Origin: Vicugna vicugna
Taxonomy: Eukaryota
Length of the DNA: 64,000 nt
NCBI GenBank assembly: GCA_013265495.1
Contig: MU057560.1
Span: 2,170,909-2,234,908, forward strand
Direction: 5' to 3'
The position numbers and the translations under genes are program-made. The number at the start of each line of letters is the position of its first letter. The first letter of the stretch is position 1. The notes beneath the pieces were generated by a model, which saw nothing but the letters and a program-made list of their open reading frames with translations, searched no databases and was not told the origin of the DNA. Shown in pieces: positions 50,451 through 63,088 of this stretch.

Positions 50451-53129
50451 GTCAGCGTTAGGAAAGAGGCCTATGTACGCGCCTTCCTCATGTGAGTCGC
50501 CAGGACTGGTACGTTTATGTTTCACGCTCTCCTGTCTCCTGAGTGTGTGCCCCGTACCTTGTCACTGGACTGTTATTTTTTCACATTAAGTGTTGTCACT
50601 GTCAAGAACTACATGACAGGTGCACCTAATTTGGAACAATGATCCAGCTTCTTCAATGACGTGGCTTGAATGTCCTTTGCCAACATCTGAGGGACCTTCC
50701 CTTTACGTCTCTGCTGACGGCCTGGAATGCCTGCCTGAGGAGGGGCCCGCGGGCCTTCGTCCTGAAAGCTTAGCTGGGTATGGAATTTTGCAGTTATCAA
50801 CCTTCCCTTCACTCTTGTCTCCGCTTCACTTTTTTCTAGTATTTACTGTTGTGGAAGGAAAATTGAGGCCAGGCTGATACTTATTTGTAAAAGGAAACCT
50901 GTTTTTCAATTGGATTTCTGACGGCAGCTTTATCCACAAAATTCAAATATTTCTCCAGGTTTTGACATGGGTCTTGGGGTCCACGGTAACTGGAACATGG
51001 AGTGTCTATTAAGTGTCCAGATTTGTTTGTTTGTTTCTAGGACATTTTCTTCTAATACAGCTGCCTCTGTGAAGAGGGTGGGATGGCGTGTGAAAGGGCT
51101 GCCCACCCAGGTGAATGCTGGTCCTGGTGTCTGTGAGAGCCCTGCCTTGGACACGCGTCCTCCCTCCTGCACCCGGCCTCTCGCCTCCCTGTGTGACGCT
51201 CCTGAGCTCACCCGGGCTCTGCTCTGTTCCTTGGTCCCAGGTGCTGCCCCCAGTAGAAGGCCTGCGTCTTCCATGTGCCTGGCCAGTTCCGTCAGCCCTC
51301 TGGTTTCACCCCCGGCGATGCCACGTCCACGGGCGGCTCTGTGGGTGGGAAGGAGTGGCTTCCGGGTTGCACAGACACTCCTCTGATTAACTGCCCAGAT
51401 TCCAACCCAGGCGCCCCTGCAGCTCGCTGTGTGGGCTGATCCCGCAGCCGCCCTGGGGGGCGAAGGGCTGCTCCCTTCAGTGCCGTTTCCCTCAGGGGTG
51501 GTTGGTCTGCACGGGCTCACCTACCAGGGCCATCCCTCCTGCTCTCTGGCCCCCGGAAAGCTGACCGTCACCTGGCCCCTCATAGCACCCGGCTCCACGT
51601 CTTAGCTCGAGTGTGCATTCAGGTACCTCGCTGAGATCTTACCATGCAGGAGAATTTGGGGAGTGGAGAGGAGAATGCACATGCCAGTTTGACCATTTTG
51701 AAAAAAGAACTCGGGGATACTGGGAGGGACAGGGAGAAGGAAAGAGGCACAGGGAGGACAGGGAGTTGCTTGGACCGTGATGTCGGCACAGTGAGTCACG
51801 CCCTTTCGGGGCAGGATGTCAGAGGGCCCCGCGGGGAGGGAAAAGGGTCAAAGGCAGATTCAACCCCGTGTCCTGGACCCAATGAGCTGCTGCTCTTGGT
51901 TAACCTGGTTTCTTGTTTCTTTACGACCCCTTCCCCAATTCCACATCAGGAGGATTCCTGCCTCTGCTTAATGGTGAAATACACGATTGGCTCCCAGCCA
52001 CCCTGGGCCCTCACAGCTTCCTCTGAAAATAGGGGAGCTGAATTAGTTAATTATTGTTTTGCAATTGACATGCTATTCAGGCTTGTGATTTATAACTTAA
52101 TTGTGCGGCTGTAGGTAACTTCCAGTTTTTAACTGGATCCATTTGAATAAACGTAGTGTTCCATCTCAGGATTAGCCCAAGGAGGATTAAAAAGTAAGCT
52201 GGAGAGTTTCGTAGCTCTGTAACAATAGTGTAAAATGTGGAATAATGAACTGCAAATGTGTCTAATTGCATAAATAATGCATTTGTGTAATTGTCAAGTA
52301 AGGGGGGTGCTAATGAATCGATTATTTTTAATTGTGGGACGCTTGGTTGTTTCAGAAATATAATTGATTGTAATCAAGAATCAATTAAATGTTGATAGTA
52401 ATTATGTTTATCAGGCTTAAATACATGACATCATTACACCATAACTGCTTCAGGAAGAAGAAACTAGAATGAGGTTATTATACGTGAAGGAGGAATGGCT
52501 CATATTTATGCCAGCATCTCGGCAGCGTAGGCCTGCACGGTAATGAGGTAGAAAAGGGAAGCTCTTCAAGGCTTATCAGTCAAGGCTGACGGAGGCCGAC
52601 TCCTCCAGCGGTGAGCGCATCAGGTCCCGAAGCTGGGCAGGCCGCTGCCTGCGGGGGTGTCTGGATCAGACTTCGGAGATGAGAACCGCAGGTGCTCTGA
52701 AGGTGCGGGCATGGCCAGGCTCGCCCTGCGCGGACCCTGGTGAGCAGTGTCCTGTGACCCCAGGGCCACTGGGCTCGTTGAAGCGGGCGGCATCTGTCTT
52801 GGGTGTGCTGCTCTGCCCGTTGACTTGTGACGCTCCGTCCTGCTGAGTTCTCCACCAGAGGCCCAAACATCAGGGAAAAGCGTTACCAGGCGAGGAGGTG
52901 TTGAACTTAACGTCTGCTCACTGTAAACCTGAGCCCCGAGCTCCTCTCTGTCCGGGATCGCGTCTCGTTCGTGCTTGTTTTCCTCGCGCCTGCCACGTCG
53001 TCGGCACTTGGCAGACGTGAAATGAGCAGTAACAGAAGTGTCACGATTCACTGGCTGATTAGGACGTGGCTTCCAGGTGGCTACTTCTGTCCTCCACCCA
53101 CCAGTCGTTGACTTACCCCCTCTTCCCCT

Positions 53130-53250
53130 CATTCATCCTGCAAGTGTGTGCTGAGCACCTGCTGTGTGCCAGGAACTGTCCCAGAGCTTTCGGATCTATT
53201 GTTTGACAGGGCGAGACGGTCCTTACCCTCAGGAGCTCACAGTACACAAG
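53130..53250 (-). mobile_element. L2 3' end fragment
   Basis: cattcatc...ctgagcacctgctgtgtgccaggaactgt...ccctcaggagctcacagt. Confidence 0.75.
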
Positions 53251-54220
53251 GGAATTTGAACGAGTCACCGCAGTAGGATGGCAGGAGCTCGCTGGGACGC
53301 AGAGGGGCCCGGCCTGTCCCAGTTTGCACAGATGCTGAGTGGTGGAGCCCGGCGGGGTGACTGCTGACCCGCCTCTTCAGCTGGTTGCTGAGAACCTTTC
53401 ACCAGGTGGTGCTGTCAGGGGCCGGGCTGAACCAGAGCTGTCCGTCTGGAAACACATGGCCTTTGGCTCCTGGAAATTTTCTTGCGTTGTTTCTTTGACC
53501 ATTTCCTTCTCTCTGCTCTTTCTGTCTCTCTCCTGGACGCCTTCTTTTTCTGATGTTGGATCTCCTGGACGGTTACTATAATTTCATTCCCATTTCCACC
53601 TTCTTTGTTTTATCCCACCTTATAATCCAAATTTATTATTGTGGTTTCCACGTTCGTCATTCTGCTTTTTAATTTCCAAGTTTTTTCTTTTTCTCTGAAT
53701 TTTTCTTTTCGTAGCATAGTAGTCTTGTTTAACACAATGATTTTCTGTCCTTTTCTTTCTGAGCAAATTAATGATTGTTTCTTTTGAAATTTTTCTTATA
53801 TTCCCACTTCTATTTTATCCCAATTCCCACCCCCCCAGGGTTTTATTGGGATATAATTGGTGTACAGCACTGTGTATGTTTAGGTTGAAGAGCATAATAC
53901 TTTGACTTATATGTGATGCAGTGATTCCCACAGTAAGTTCAGTGAACATGCATCATCTGTCTCGTCCTCTCACGTAGATTCTCAGGTGCTTTCTCTATAT
54001 ATGCCCTCGTGACAGTGACGTAGGCTTTGCCCTCTGTTTTTATCTTCTGAGTTGAGTTTTTGTTTGCTTGTTCTGAGTTTGTCTGTTTTAGAAGTTTCCA
54101 TCAAATATCTCGTGATATTTAGCTCTTACTCATATTTGTGAATGGCTCACTGAAACCTGTTAGGAGCTTTGTGTGCATGGTGGGTCTTGGTGGGTGGGGG
54201 GCTTTGCTCTAGGATGTTGG

Positions 54221-54442
54221 GTGTCAGCATGCTCCATGGGTCTCAGCATCCTCCCTGGGTGTGAGCATCCTCCCTGGGTGTGAGCATCCTCCCTGGGTAT
54301 CTTCATCCTCCCTGGGTGTGAGCATCCTCCCTGGGTGTCAGCATCCTCCCTGGGTGTCAGCATCCTCCCTGGGTGTGAGCATCCTCCCTGGGTATCTTCA
54401 TCCTCCCTGGGTGTCAGCATCCTCCGTGGGTGTCAGCATCCC
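54221..54442. repeat. 19-bp minisatellite, about 11.7 copies, consensus GTGT(C/G)AGCATCCTCCCTGG
   Basis: Units read directly at 19-bp spacing; variant GTATCTTCATCCTCCCTGG at units 5 and 10. Confidence 0.95.
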
Positions 54443-54938
54443 TATCTGCAGAACAAGGCACTTGCTCTGCAGGGACCAAGTATCCTTTCCCCCCCAGCTC
54501 TAAGGACACATGACAATATGAAGAGGGTGGTTGGGTGGTTGGGTGGGCTTGGTCTCTGCCGTGTCGAAGCTCCTTGTAGAAAACCGCAGGATCCTGAGCC
54601 TCAGGGTCTCAGAGCTGCCGCCGCCTGAGCAGTTCAGGGATCCAAGTGTCGTTTGTTTTTTTTTTGGTTTTTTTTTTGGGTGGACTTTATTGCACCCCAA
54701 AGGGCAAACCCATTCTCATCTAACCTCTTCCTGTCAGGCTGTAGGGTCTGCTTGGGGGCTTCTCCCACCCGTCCTGCCGGCCTTCTCCCACCCTGGGGGC
54801 CCCTGGGATCAGGATCCTGGCCCCGCCGCCGGTGTAGGGCCACCTCAAGGCCTGGCTCCCTGAGGGAAGGGCAGTGTTTCTGAAGTGATCGGATCCTGAA
54901 AACGTGGTGACTTGGCATCTCCTAAGGTGGTCCAGGGA

Positions 54939-54951
54939 CCAGCAGGGGGCG
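54939..54951 (+). promoter_or_regulatory. Candidate CTCF site CCAGCAGGGGGCG
   Basis: Matches the CTCF core CCASYAGRKGGCR at all 13 positions. Confidence 0.55.
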
Positions 54952-55054
54952 AGTGCTGCTTAGAAATCCTGATTCTTTGGTCTTGCCTCCAAGCAAGCGA
55001 CTAAGGGTCTTAGCCACGTGGGATCTGCATCTTGAATATTATTAATATTCACTG

Positions 55055-55740
55055 ATTTTTAAAATTGAGGTAACATTGGTTTATTACATTATGTAAGTTT
55101 TATGTGTTCATTATATTTCTACCTTTGGACACACCGTCGTGTGCTCACCACCAAAAGCTTAGTTTCCATCCGTCACTGTACACCTGACCGTTCACTCATT
55201 TCTCCTTCCCACATCCTCCCTCTCTGTTCCCTGTATCTCTGTGTTTGTTTTTGTTTGATTTAGTTTGTTCATTTATTTTGTTTTTTGTGTGTGTTTGTTT
55301 TTTATCTTCCACATGTGAGTGAAATCATATGGTATTTATCCTCCTCTGTCTGACTTGTTCACTTAGCATAACACACCCTAGGTCTGTGTTGTTATAAATG
55401 GCAAGATTTCATTCTTTTTTGTGGCTGAGTAATACTCCATACATATATACACCACATCTTCCTTCTTCATTCATCCATTGATAGGCACCAAGATTGTCTC
55501 CCTGTCTTGGCTGTTGTAAATCGTGCTGCATGAACATAGGGTTGCACGCATCTTTCCAAATTATTATGTTTGTTTTCTTTGGAAAAAATACCCAGAATTG
55601 CTGGATCACATGGTAGTTATTTTCTTAATTTTTTCAGAGGCTTCCATACTGTTTTCCGCAGCAACTGCAACAGTTACATTCCCACGGACAGCACACCAGG
55701 GTCCCCTTTCCCCACGCCCTCGCCAACACTTGTCATTTGA
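55055..55740 (-). mobile_element. L1 3' portion (ORF2 C-terminal Cys-rich region and 3' UTR)
   Basis: Minus-strand peptides NDKCWRGRGERG and CNPMF...GVLLSHKKE resemble the frameshifted L1 ORF2 C-terminus; T-rich 3' terminus at ~55055. Confidence 0.88.
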
Positions 55741-56329
55741 GACCAGGTGGGGGAGCCAGTGAAGCGGCTCCCAGGCTGACCCACACCCGGCTCTTTGCCT
55801 GTCTGCTGAGAAACGGTCCCTGTGGCCCCAGGCACCAAGCACAGGGTCGATACAAAGTCCGTCATGGAGTGAGTGGACCCGAGGACACTCCCACGTCTGT
55901 GCACGCACACGCACATGAACACACTCCCAGCTGGGTGTGGAGGACAGCATGTCAGAGGGCAGTGGCTGGTAGAAGCTGGGCTGTCTTGAAGGAAAAGGAG
56001 TTCTGGGGGGGGTCAATGCTCAGGGCAGGGGAGCAACAGGTATGACGCTCTGGGGTCTGGAGGTAACATGTGACCACACAGGATGGGGGTGGGAGGGAAG
56101 GCAGGGGCCGTGCAGGGCTCTGCTGACCCCTGGGAGCCCAGGTCTGTCACAAGACATCAGGGAAGGGGTGGCCAGTGTCTTGGGGGCCTGGAGACGGGCC
56201 TGCAGGATGGACAGAGAGGAGGCGAGTGTTCGTGCTGGTGTGGGTGTGAAGGGGCTGGACTCTGAGCCCAGGGGAGAGGCGTGAGCCCCCTGCCTGCCTG
56301 GTGCGCTGGGTAAGAGACACGCAGCCGGG

Positions 56330-57460
56330 CCACGGCCAGGAGGCCGCACGGCCGCAGGACACGCAGAGAAGGACGTGCTGCACCTCTGGGAGTGCGACCC
56401 ATCGGAGGTGGGCGACAGCATCCGCCGAGCCGCCAGGGAAGGGCCCTCTGGGAGGGGCGGCAGGAGGCGCCGCGGGCTGGCGCTTGGGACAGAACCCGAG
56501 GTTTCAGGAGCAGCAGCGGGCCGCGGCCCGGCCGGGAGGGGGCGCTCGCCGGCGCCTGCGGGCAGAGGGCAGCCTTTCCTCGGCGCGGCCGCCGCTGCCT
56601 CCCGCCGAGCCGGGATGAGCCCGCGGCTCTGACCCAGTGGGAGGCGGCGGGCGCGGGCTGCTGAAGACCACGCTGAGGTCCAGCAAGGCCGGACGTCCGC
56701 CCCCAGCCGCCCCCGCGCTGGATGTCTGGGAAGCGAGACGTCATGAACACTGCACGGAAACCCGTTTTCACAGGAGTAGGAAACGCGAAACGTACCCCGG
56801 GAGGCTCCCGGAGGGCACAGATGCAAACACAGTGCCTGTGACTGGTACCGAGGCCGGCGTCCTGACGCCGCGGCCGCGGAGGTGCTGCGGGGCCGAGGGG
56901 CCCGGGAGGGTGCAGAGACCCCGCGCAGCGGGGACGCGGAGGCCGGTGGGGCCGAGGTGGGAATCGCCGGCTCCGTGGTGTCCGCCCTCCGGACCCCTCG
57001 TGGTCTGGCGGGGGCTCACCGGGCGGAGGCTTCTCTGGACAGTCGTGGGGGCCCGCGCAGCGCGGGGCTGGTGCGCCCCCCTGGGTGGGCAGAGCAGGCC
57101 GATGGCGCGGCCCGCGGCCCCTGGACGGCGCTGGGCGGGCGGGGTCTCCCCGCCCCTCGCCCTCTGCTTCCCTGGCCTCCCCCTGCTCTTCCTTTGTCCT
57201 CGGTCCTCCCCTCCCTCGTTTCATTCTCTGTTTGTGTTCTGGCCTTTTTCTTTTCCCTCCTTCTTTCCTTAAAGCAAGACGCGTTTAAACAGGCGGAGGA
57301 CTCTCTCAAGTTCCAGCCCTCCGTCGCCTGGGCCCCCCGGGTCCCCCGGCTGCCCCCTCGCGGCGCCTCTGTGCCCGCCCTCGCCCTGGCCCTCGGGGGG
57401 TGCAGAGCGGGGGACGGTGTGGCCACGGGGAACGTGGGCGTCCCGCCACTGCAGGAGAAG
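56330..57460. promoter_or_regulatory. CpG-island-like segment with no recognisable gene
   Basis: Very high GC and CpG density by inspection, GC boxes (GGGGCGG, GGGCGGG) and a CRE-like GACGTCA at ~56737. Confidence 0.55.
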
Positions 57461-58829
57461 GGCTTTCGTTTTCCTTTCCTTGCTCTGTCGACGCTTCCAG
57501 CCCCTGCTGCCTGTCGGATGTGCCGATCTGGACGAGGCACGTGTGCCAGCGGGAATGGGCAGCCAGGGTTCTCAGACTCGTTGCTTGTTTGGGTCACCTC
57601 TGAGGGACGCGGGACGGCTGCTCCGTGGCCAGACATTCTGAAGAGGGTCCTTAATTTCCCCGGGGAGATGGCTGCGCTGACCCTCAGCGCACCTGCCAGT
57701 AAAGGCGCCCGACTCCTGCTTCGGCGAGCGGCTCGGAAGCTGCACCCGGCCTCCTCAGGGGGTGTGGTCTCGTGCTCAGGGCGGCGGCCGGGTCCAGTGT
57801 GGACCGAACAGGGTAAGGCAGCAGCGTCGGGCGGGGGGGTGGCCCGAGGAGCCGGCTGCCTGCTGACCGACAGCGCCTCCTGGCGTTCTGCACAGTGGAC
57901 CCCCTGTGTCACCTTAAGAAGTGAGCCCCCTCCCCAGGATTCTGCCGGTCACCTTTAAACACTTGCTGATTGAGAAAAAAGCATAAATAAAGCAACCAAG
58001 CCTGTGCTTTCAGGTTTAGAATGGAATCGTGTTTTATAAAACACAGCCGCCTCCACGCGCATGTGAAGGCAGTCTGCCCTTCAGTGTGCGGCCGTTTCCT
58101 GGAGTCACACGGGTGAGTGGGCCCTCGGGTAACTCCGAGGTCCCCCGACCTCTGTAGGTTGGAATCTGCTGCCCCAGGAGCCTTGAAAGGTCTCCTTAGA
58201 TGCAGCTAGACCAGCGAGGGCTTGCGTGTAGACGGCGCTTTATCTCTCCTCCGGTTCCTGCGAGAAGCTTCCCTGCCGAGCTGTGGTGTGTGGTGATGTC
58301 ACTGGCCTGGCCCTCGGCCTGGTTGAAACTTCCCATTTGGCAAGAACACCGGAGTCCAAAGGGGCACAGTGATCCCACTAGGCTGAGGAGGCAGAGCTCA
58401 GAACCTGGGGAAGCTGACGCACTTGGAGTCAGCAGGGCAGGGGACCGGGGAGGAGAGGGCCATGCAGAGGGGAGCCCGGGGTCCATGTGTGCATGCTCCA
58501 GGAGAGCCTGGGAGGGGCCTGCGCTGGGCCTGCCCCCCCAATGACTGCATGGGGCCGGCCAGGGTGCAGGCGCTGTGGGCTGAGAGCAGAGCGGAGGTAC
58601 CAGAGGGCAAGCCACGCTAGGCGACCTTTGGGCCCAGAATGGACACTGTCAGCACCTTGTAAACACCCTGGCGTGCCTCTGACAGGACGAAGGCGTGGGA
58701 ACTGTTCCCTAGAGCTGGGGCCAGTCTACAGCTTCCCTGAAAGCTCTGAAGAGGTTTGCAGGGCACGGTGTTTGGAGGTTGAGTACTACCCACAAAGGTT
58801 AAGTTAGAGGTTGGGCAAAAATAAAAATG

Positions 58830-61040
58830 AAAACAAAGACAAAAACAACATAAACAGGGCTGCACAAGTTCAAGGTGATTATCCAGTAGTTGAGCTGCCT
58901 AACAAAATAAATACACTCTTCAGAAGAAGATAACAGAACACAGAGTCTATAAAATGTATCTCCATAATGGCCCCAGGGAGCAGGGAAATATGGTCCCTAG
59001 CCAAGGGCAAAACCAGCTAAAAGAAGGAGATTCAAGATAGCCAAATGTTGGATTTATCTGATAAAGCAGTTATTATAAGTATGTTTTAAAATCCAGAGGA
59101 AAATATGTTTAAAGAATTGAAGAAAAATTTGATCTCAGGGAATCTCAGCAGAGAAGTGAGGTTAGAGAAAAACTGAATGGAAACTTTCTAGAACCGAGGA
59201 GTATAACAACTGGCAGGGAAAGTGTAACATGTAGGGTTCACATCAAATAGAAGAGAGAAGAAGTCTGTAACCTTGAAGATAAATCACTGGAATTTATCCA
59301 GTTTGAAGATGAGGGCGAAAGCAATTGGAAAATGAACAGTCTCACATGCAGTAAGAGTCTCAGAAAGAGAATAGAGTGAAAACATTGCAGAAAAAACATT
59401 TGAAGAAATAATAGCTGAAAAACCCAAGTTTGGTGAAAAACTTCACATTAGAGATTCAGAAAGCTCATCTAACCCGAAGCAGGATAAATACAGAGAAAAA
59501 CCTCAGCAAAGCACGTCACAGTCAAATTGCTGAAAACCAGAGATAAAGAGAAAAATCTCAAAGGCTGCCTGAAAAACAAAAAACAAACAAAAAGATGTAG
59601 GGGGAGGACAATAATAAAAATGATGACCGTCTTCTCATCTAATATGAAGAAGCCCCAGACAACCGCAGAAGAACACCTTTAAGTGCTGAAAGGAAAGTAA
59701 AAGCCGTCTCTCCTGAATCTTCTGTAGCGTGAAACAGCTTTCAAAAATGTGAGCAAAGTAAAGACATTTACAGAGAGCCACAAAACAGAGGGAATTTGTC
59801 ACCAGCAGACCTGCACTACAGAAAATGTAGAAGGAGATTTCTTAGATTGAAGAGAATGAAAATGTGAATTTACAGGCATTTACAGAAGTAAGAACACGAG
59901 GACTGGAAAATAAGTAGGTAAATGTAAACTTTCTCTTCTTGAAATTTCCTTCGAAGACAACTGATTATTTAAAAACAAAAATCATCACATTTTAAGGTGG
60001 AGTTACAGAGCGTATAGAAGTAAAAGACATAAAAGGGCGGGAGGAGAGGGGCAGGTTTATGGGACTGTGCTGCTGTAAGTGAGGGGAAGCTGTGAGATTT
60101 GAAATGGGAAATGGACAATGTCAGATGTGAAGTGAGAAGCGTGAAATGTTACAGTAGTGACTCTGAATAAACTTTGATAATTTAAGGATGTCTTTTGCTT
60201 AGAGCAACAGCTAAAAATAATTTACAAGAAAAAAAGAGAAGTTACTATGCTAATAAAGGCTGTAACACTAAATCCTGAAAAACATTTGATTCACACAAAA
60301 GAAGGCAGGGAAGAAGCAGCACAGGGACAAAGAAATAGAGGGGACACATTTAAACCAACCATACAAGGGACTACATTAAACTTAACTGCACTAAATCTTC
60401 TAGTTAAAAGGCAAAGATTGTCAGGTGGAATAAAAAAAGCCATCACCAATTATGTGCTGCTTGGAAAGATGCACTTTAAAGTTGAAGATGCAGCTAGATT
60501 GATGGAAAAAAATAAGACAAAAGTTAAAGTGAGCAGACAGGAAGCCAGAAGAGAAGTGTCATAGCTATATTAGTATCAGACAAAGCTGACTTCAGGACAG
60601 AGAGGGGAGCATATGGCGTGAAGAATGGGCAGTGCGTCTGGGAGACATAGCAATCCGAAACATGCATGCACTGGATCACAAAGCTCCAAAGTCCATGATG
60701 CAAACAGTGACAATACTACCGGGAAAGCTCTGGACCTGATGTTTTATTAGTTGATTATATCAAATGCTTAAGAAAAATAAAATCTTACACAAGCTCTTTC
60801 AGAAAGCTCTTTCAGAAAGCAGGCTGAAAACTTTCCAGCACATTTTGTGAGGCTACTGTTAATCTGATATCAATACCAGTTAAAGAAAATCTAAGAAAGC
60901 ACAGACCTATATTCCCATGAAAATAAGTGAAAAATCCTTATCAAAAATGTTTTCAAATCAAATGTAGTATTATGCAAACAGGATGTCACATCATCATTAA
61001 GCAGAGTCTGTCTGGAATGCAAGTTTGGCTCAACACTGGG
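58830..61040 (+). mobile_element. Old L1: ORF1 relic, ORF2 endonuclease start and RT fragment, internally deleted
   Basis: aacatttgaagaaataatagctgaaaa (FEEIIAE) and gaatttgtcaccagcagacctgcactacag (EFVTSRPALQ) match ORF1. TTLNLTALNLLVKRQRLS and IAILVSDKADF match the EN domain. RT-like DNA at 60770-61035. Confidence 0.9.
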
Positions 61041-61884
61041 TTCCTTGTTGGTGGAGGAAGACCCTAACCAATAAACTCTCCTGAAATTAAGTAAAATTTC
61101 TGGACAAGATTAATAAAATAATTACATGAAAAGTGAACAGACCAGGCAGTTTTTGGGGAGGAGTCAAACTTGGAAGAAGGGTTTCGCAGAGGGTGAGTTA
61201 CAAAGGCAACTGCAACTGTGGCCGGGCTCACAGTGATTATCCTTGGAGGATAACCTTGCTTTCGAGTGACCATGTGCAACCCACTGTGTGGACGTGGCTG
61301 ACTGACGCTGCACCATCCTGGGGCTCCGGCGCCTTGTCCCAGGCGGCGTTTCCTGTCCTCTGCGCCCTGTGTCTTTGTTCTTTTGCTTGCCTGCTTTTTC
61401 ATAGCGAGGCTCTCTATTTTTCAGTCCTTACGTGTCTGGAAATGTCTTCATTCCACAAGACGTGGTAATTTTGCTGGTTGGAGAAGTCACAACATCAGAG
61501 GCAGCATTGCATTGTTTCTAGAACTGGTGCTGTTCAATCACTTCCAGACGTCTGCCCGCCCCCGTTCTTGGTATGTGGCCTGCTTTCCTTTCTGGAAGCG
61601 TTTAAGATCTTTCATTTATTTCAGTCTTCAAAATTTCATGCAGTGTGGTGTGTGTCCCCCTCAGCCGCTGGGCGCACAGTGGGCCTTTCGGTGCAGGGAA
61701 CATTTCTTGTGTTATTTCTTTGGTCGCGTCTCCTTCCATCCATACTGTTTCTGATGTTTTTCATGGTTGGATGTTGGACATCCTGTGTTGATCTGTGAAA
61801 TCTTTGTTTTCTTTGTTCTTTTTCATTTCTAGCAGATTTCTTTTACTTTATTTTCCAATTTTTACTTTGAGTTTTTTCAAAAAA

Positions 61885-61956
61885 TTTTTGTTCATTTGTT
61901 TTTAACGGAGGTACTGGGAATTGAACGCAGGACCTCTCCCACTGAGCTGTACCCTA
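61885..61956 (-). mobile_element. Internally deleted tRNA-Ala-derived SINE
   Basis: ggaggtactgggaattgaacgcaggacctc joined directly to ccactgagctgtaccc; the anticodon-arm segment is missing. Confidence 0.65.
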
Positions 61957-62757
61957 CATCCATCCTTTGAATTTTTAATTTCACCTATCACAATTTTAAT
62001 TTTAAAGAGCTCTCTCTTTTTCTTATTCTCTCATATGCCTAGTTCCTTTTTTTTTTTAATTTTAAACAATTCAATAGCTCTCTGGTCTGAGCGTATTTCT
62101 TACACATAATTTTTCCCCATTTCTTTTACTATTTCCTCCAGATCCCTGTCCTCCTTTGTTTCTCGTCTCTGTTTCCTCTTCAGTTGTCTGTCCACGTTTA
62201 ACCGTGAAGAGCTAAGTGGGTTGGAAGCTGTGCGTGTGGCAGGAGTTTGTCAGCCAGCTGATTTCCGCATCGGAAGGCGGGGCAGTGACAGATGTCAGCG
62301 CCGGGGGCCCTTCCCTCGCTCAGTGATGCCCAGCAGACTCCTGTCGGGGCTTAACCCTGCTGCTACAGCTTTTCTGCTGGGGTGGGTCGGGGGGCGGGGA
62401 GGGGCACAGATGGATGTGGGGAAGCAGCCGGGGGTCCACACTTTCCCCATGAAGTTTTAATTCATCCTTTTTCTTTTTTAATCACACTTGCCTCACCCCA
62501 CTTTTAACTGTCCCCGGTGCCCCCAGCCCAGGCCCTGTGCTGTTAAATTTCTCTGGTGAGGGAGCCTCCAGTGTCTTGCTCCTGGGGGGTGGTCGGGAGA
62601 GAGGCGTTACATGGCTGTGAGTATGGCCATCCACCTGCTGTATCTCTGGGTCTCAGCTCCCCCCACCCTGTTTCTGATCTCGCTCCTCATCCCTGTGGCC
62701 CCCAGTCTAGCTCCCTGATGGGACCTGCCCCCGAGGCCTGACCTTCCTGTGGCTCTT

Positions 62758-63088
62758 GTCCTGGTCCCTGTCCCGGTCCCTGAACCTGTCCTGGTCCTGG
62801 TCCTTGTCCCTGTCCTGGTCCCTGTCCCGGTCCCTGTCCCGGTCCTGGTCCCCGTCCTTGTCCTGGTCCCTGTCCTGGTCCCTGTCCTGGTCCTGGTCCC
62901 TGTCCTTGTCCTGGTCCCTGTCCCGGTCCTGGTCCCTGTTCCTGTCCTGGTCCATGTCCTGGTCTGTGTCCCTGTTCTGGTCCCTGTCTCCGTCCTGGTC
63001 TCTGTCGCTCTCCCTGTCCCTTTCCTGGTCCTGGTCTTTGTCCTGGTCCCTGTCCCTGTCCTGGTCCTGGTCCTGGTGCCTGTCCTGG
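62758..63088. repeat. Hexamer-based low-complexity repeat (GTCCCT/GTCCTG/GTCCCG/GTCCTT)n, about 55 units
   Basis: Read directly from the sequence. Confidence 0.95.

Noticed and set aside
43556..54410. CCTCCCT (human recombination-hotspot 7-mer) in nearly every unit of both minisatellites
   Set aside because: The motif reflects specific human PRDM9 alleles. PRDM9 specificity evolves rapidly, and the word is common in C-rich DNA.
56020..57958. Cluster of 268-358-aa ORFs on both strands
   Set aside because: They coincide with the CpG-rich segment, are open in many frames at once and show no protein family signature.
60247..60564. 105-aa ORF as an independent gene or active retrotransposon
   Set aside because: It is a degenerate L1 endonuclease N-terminus within a frameshifted, internally deleted element.
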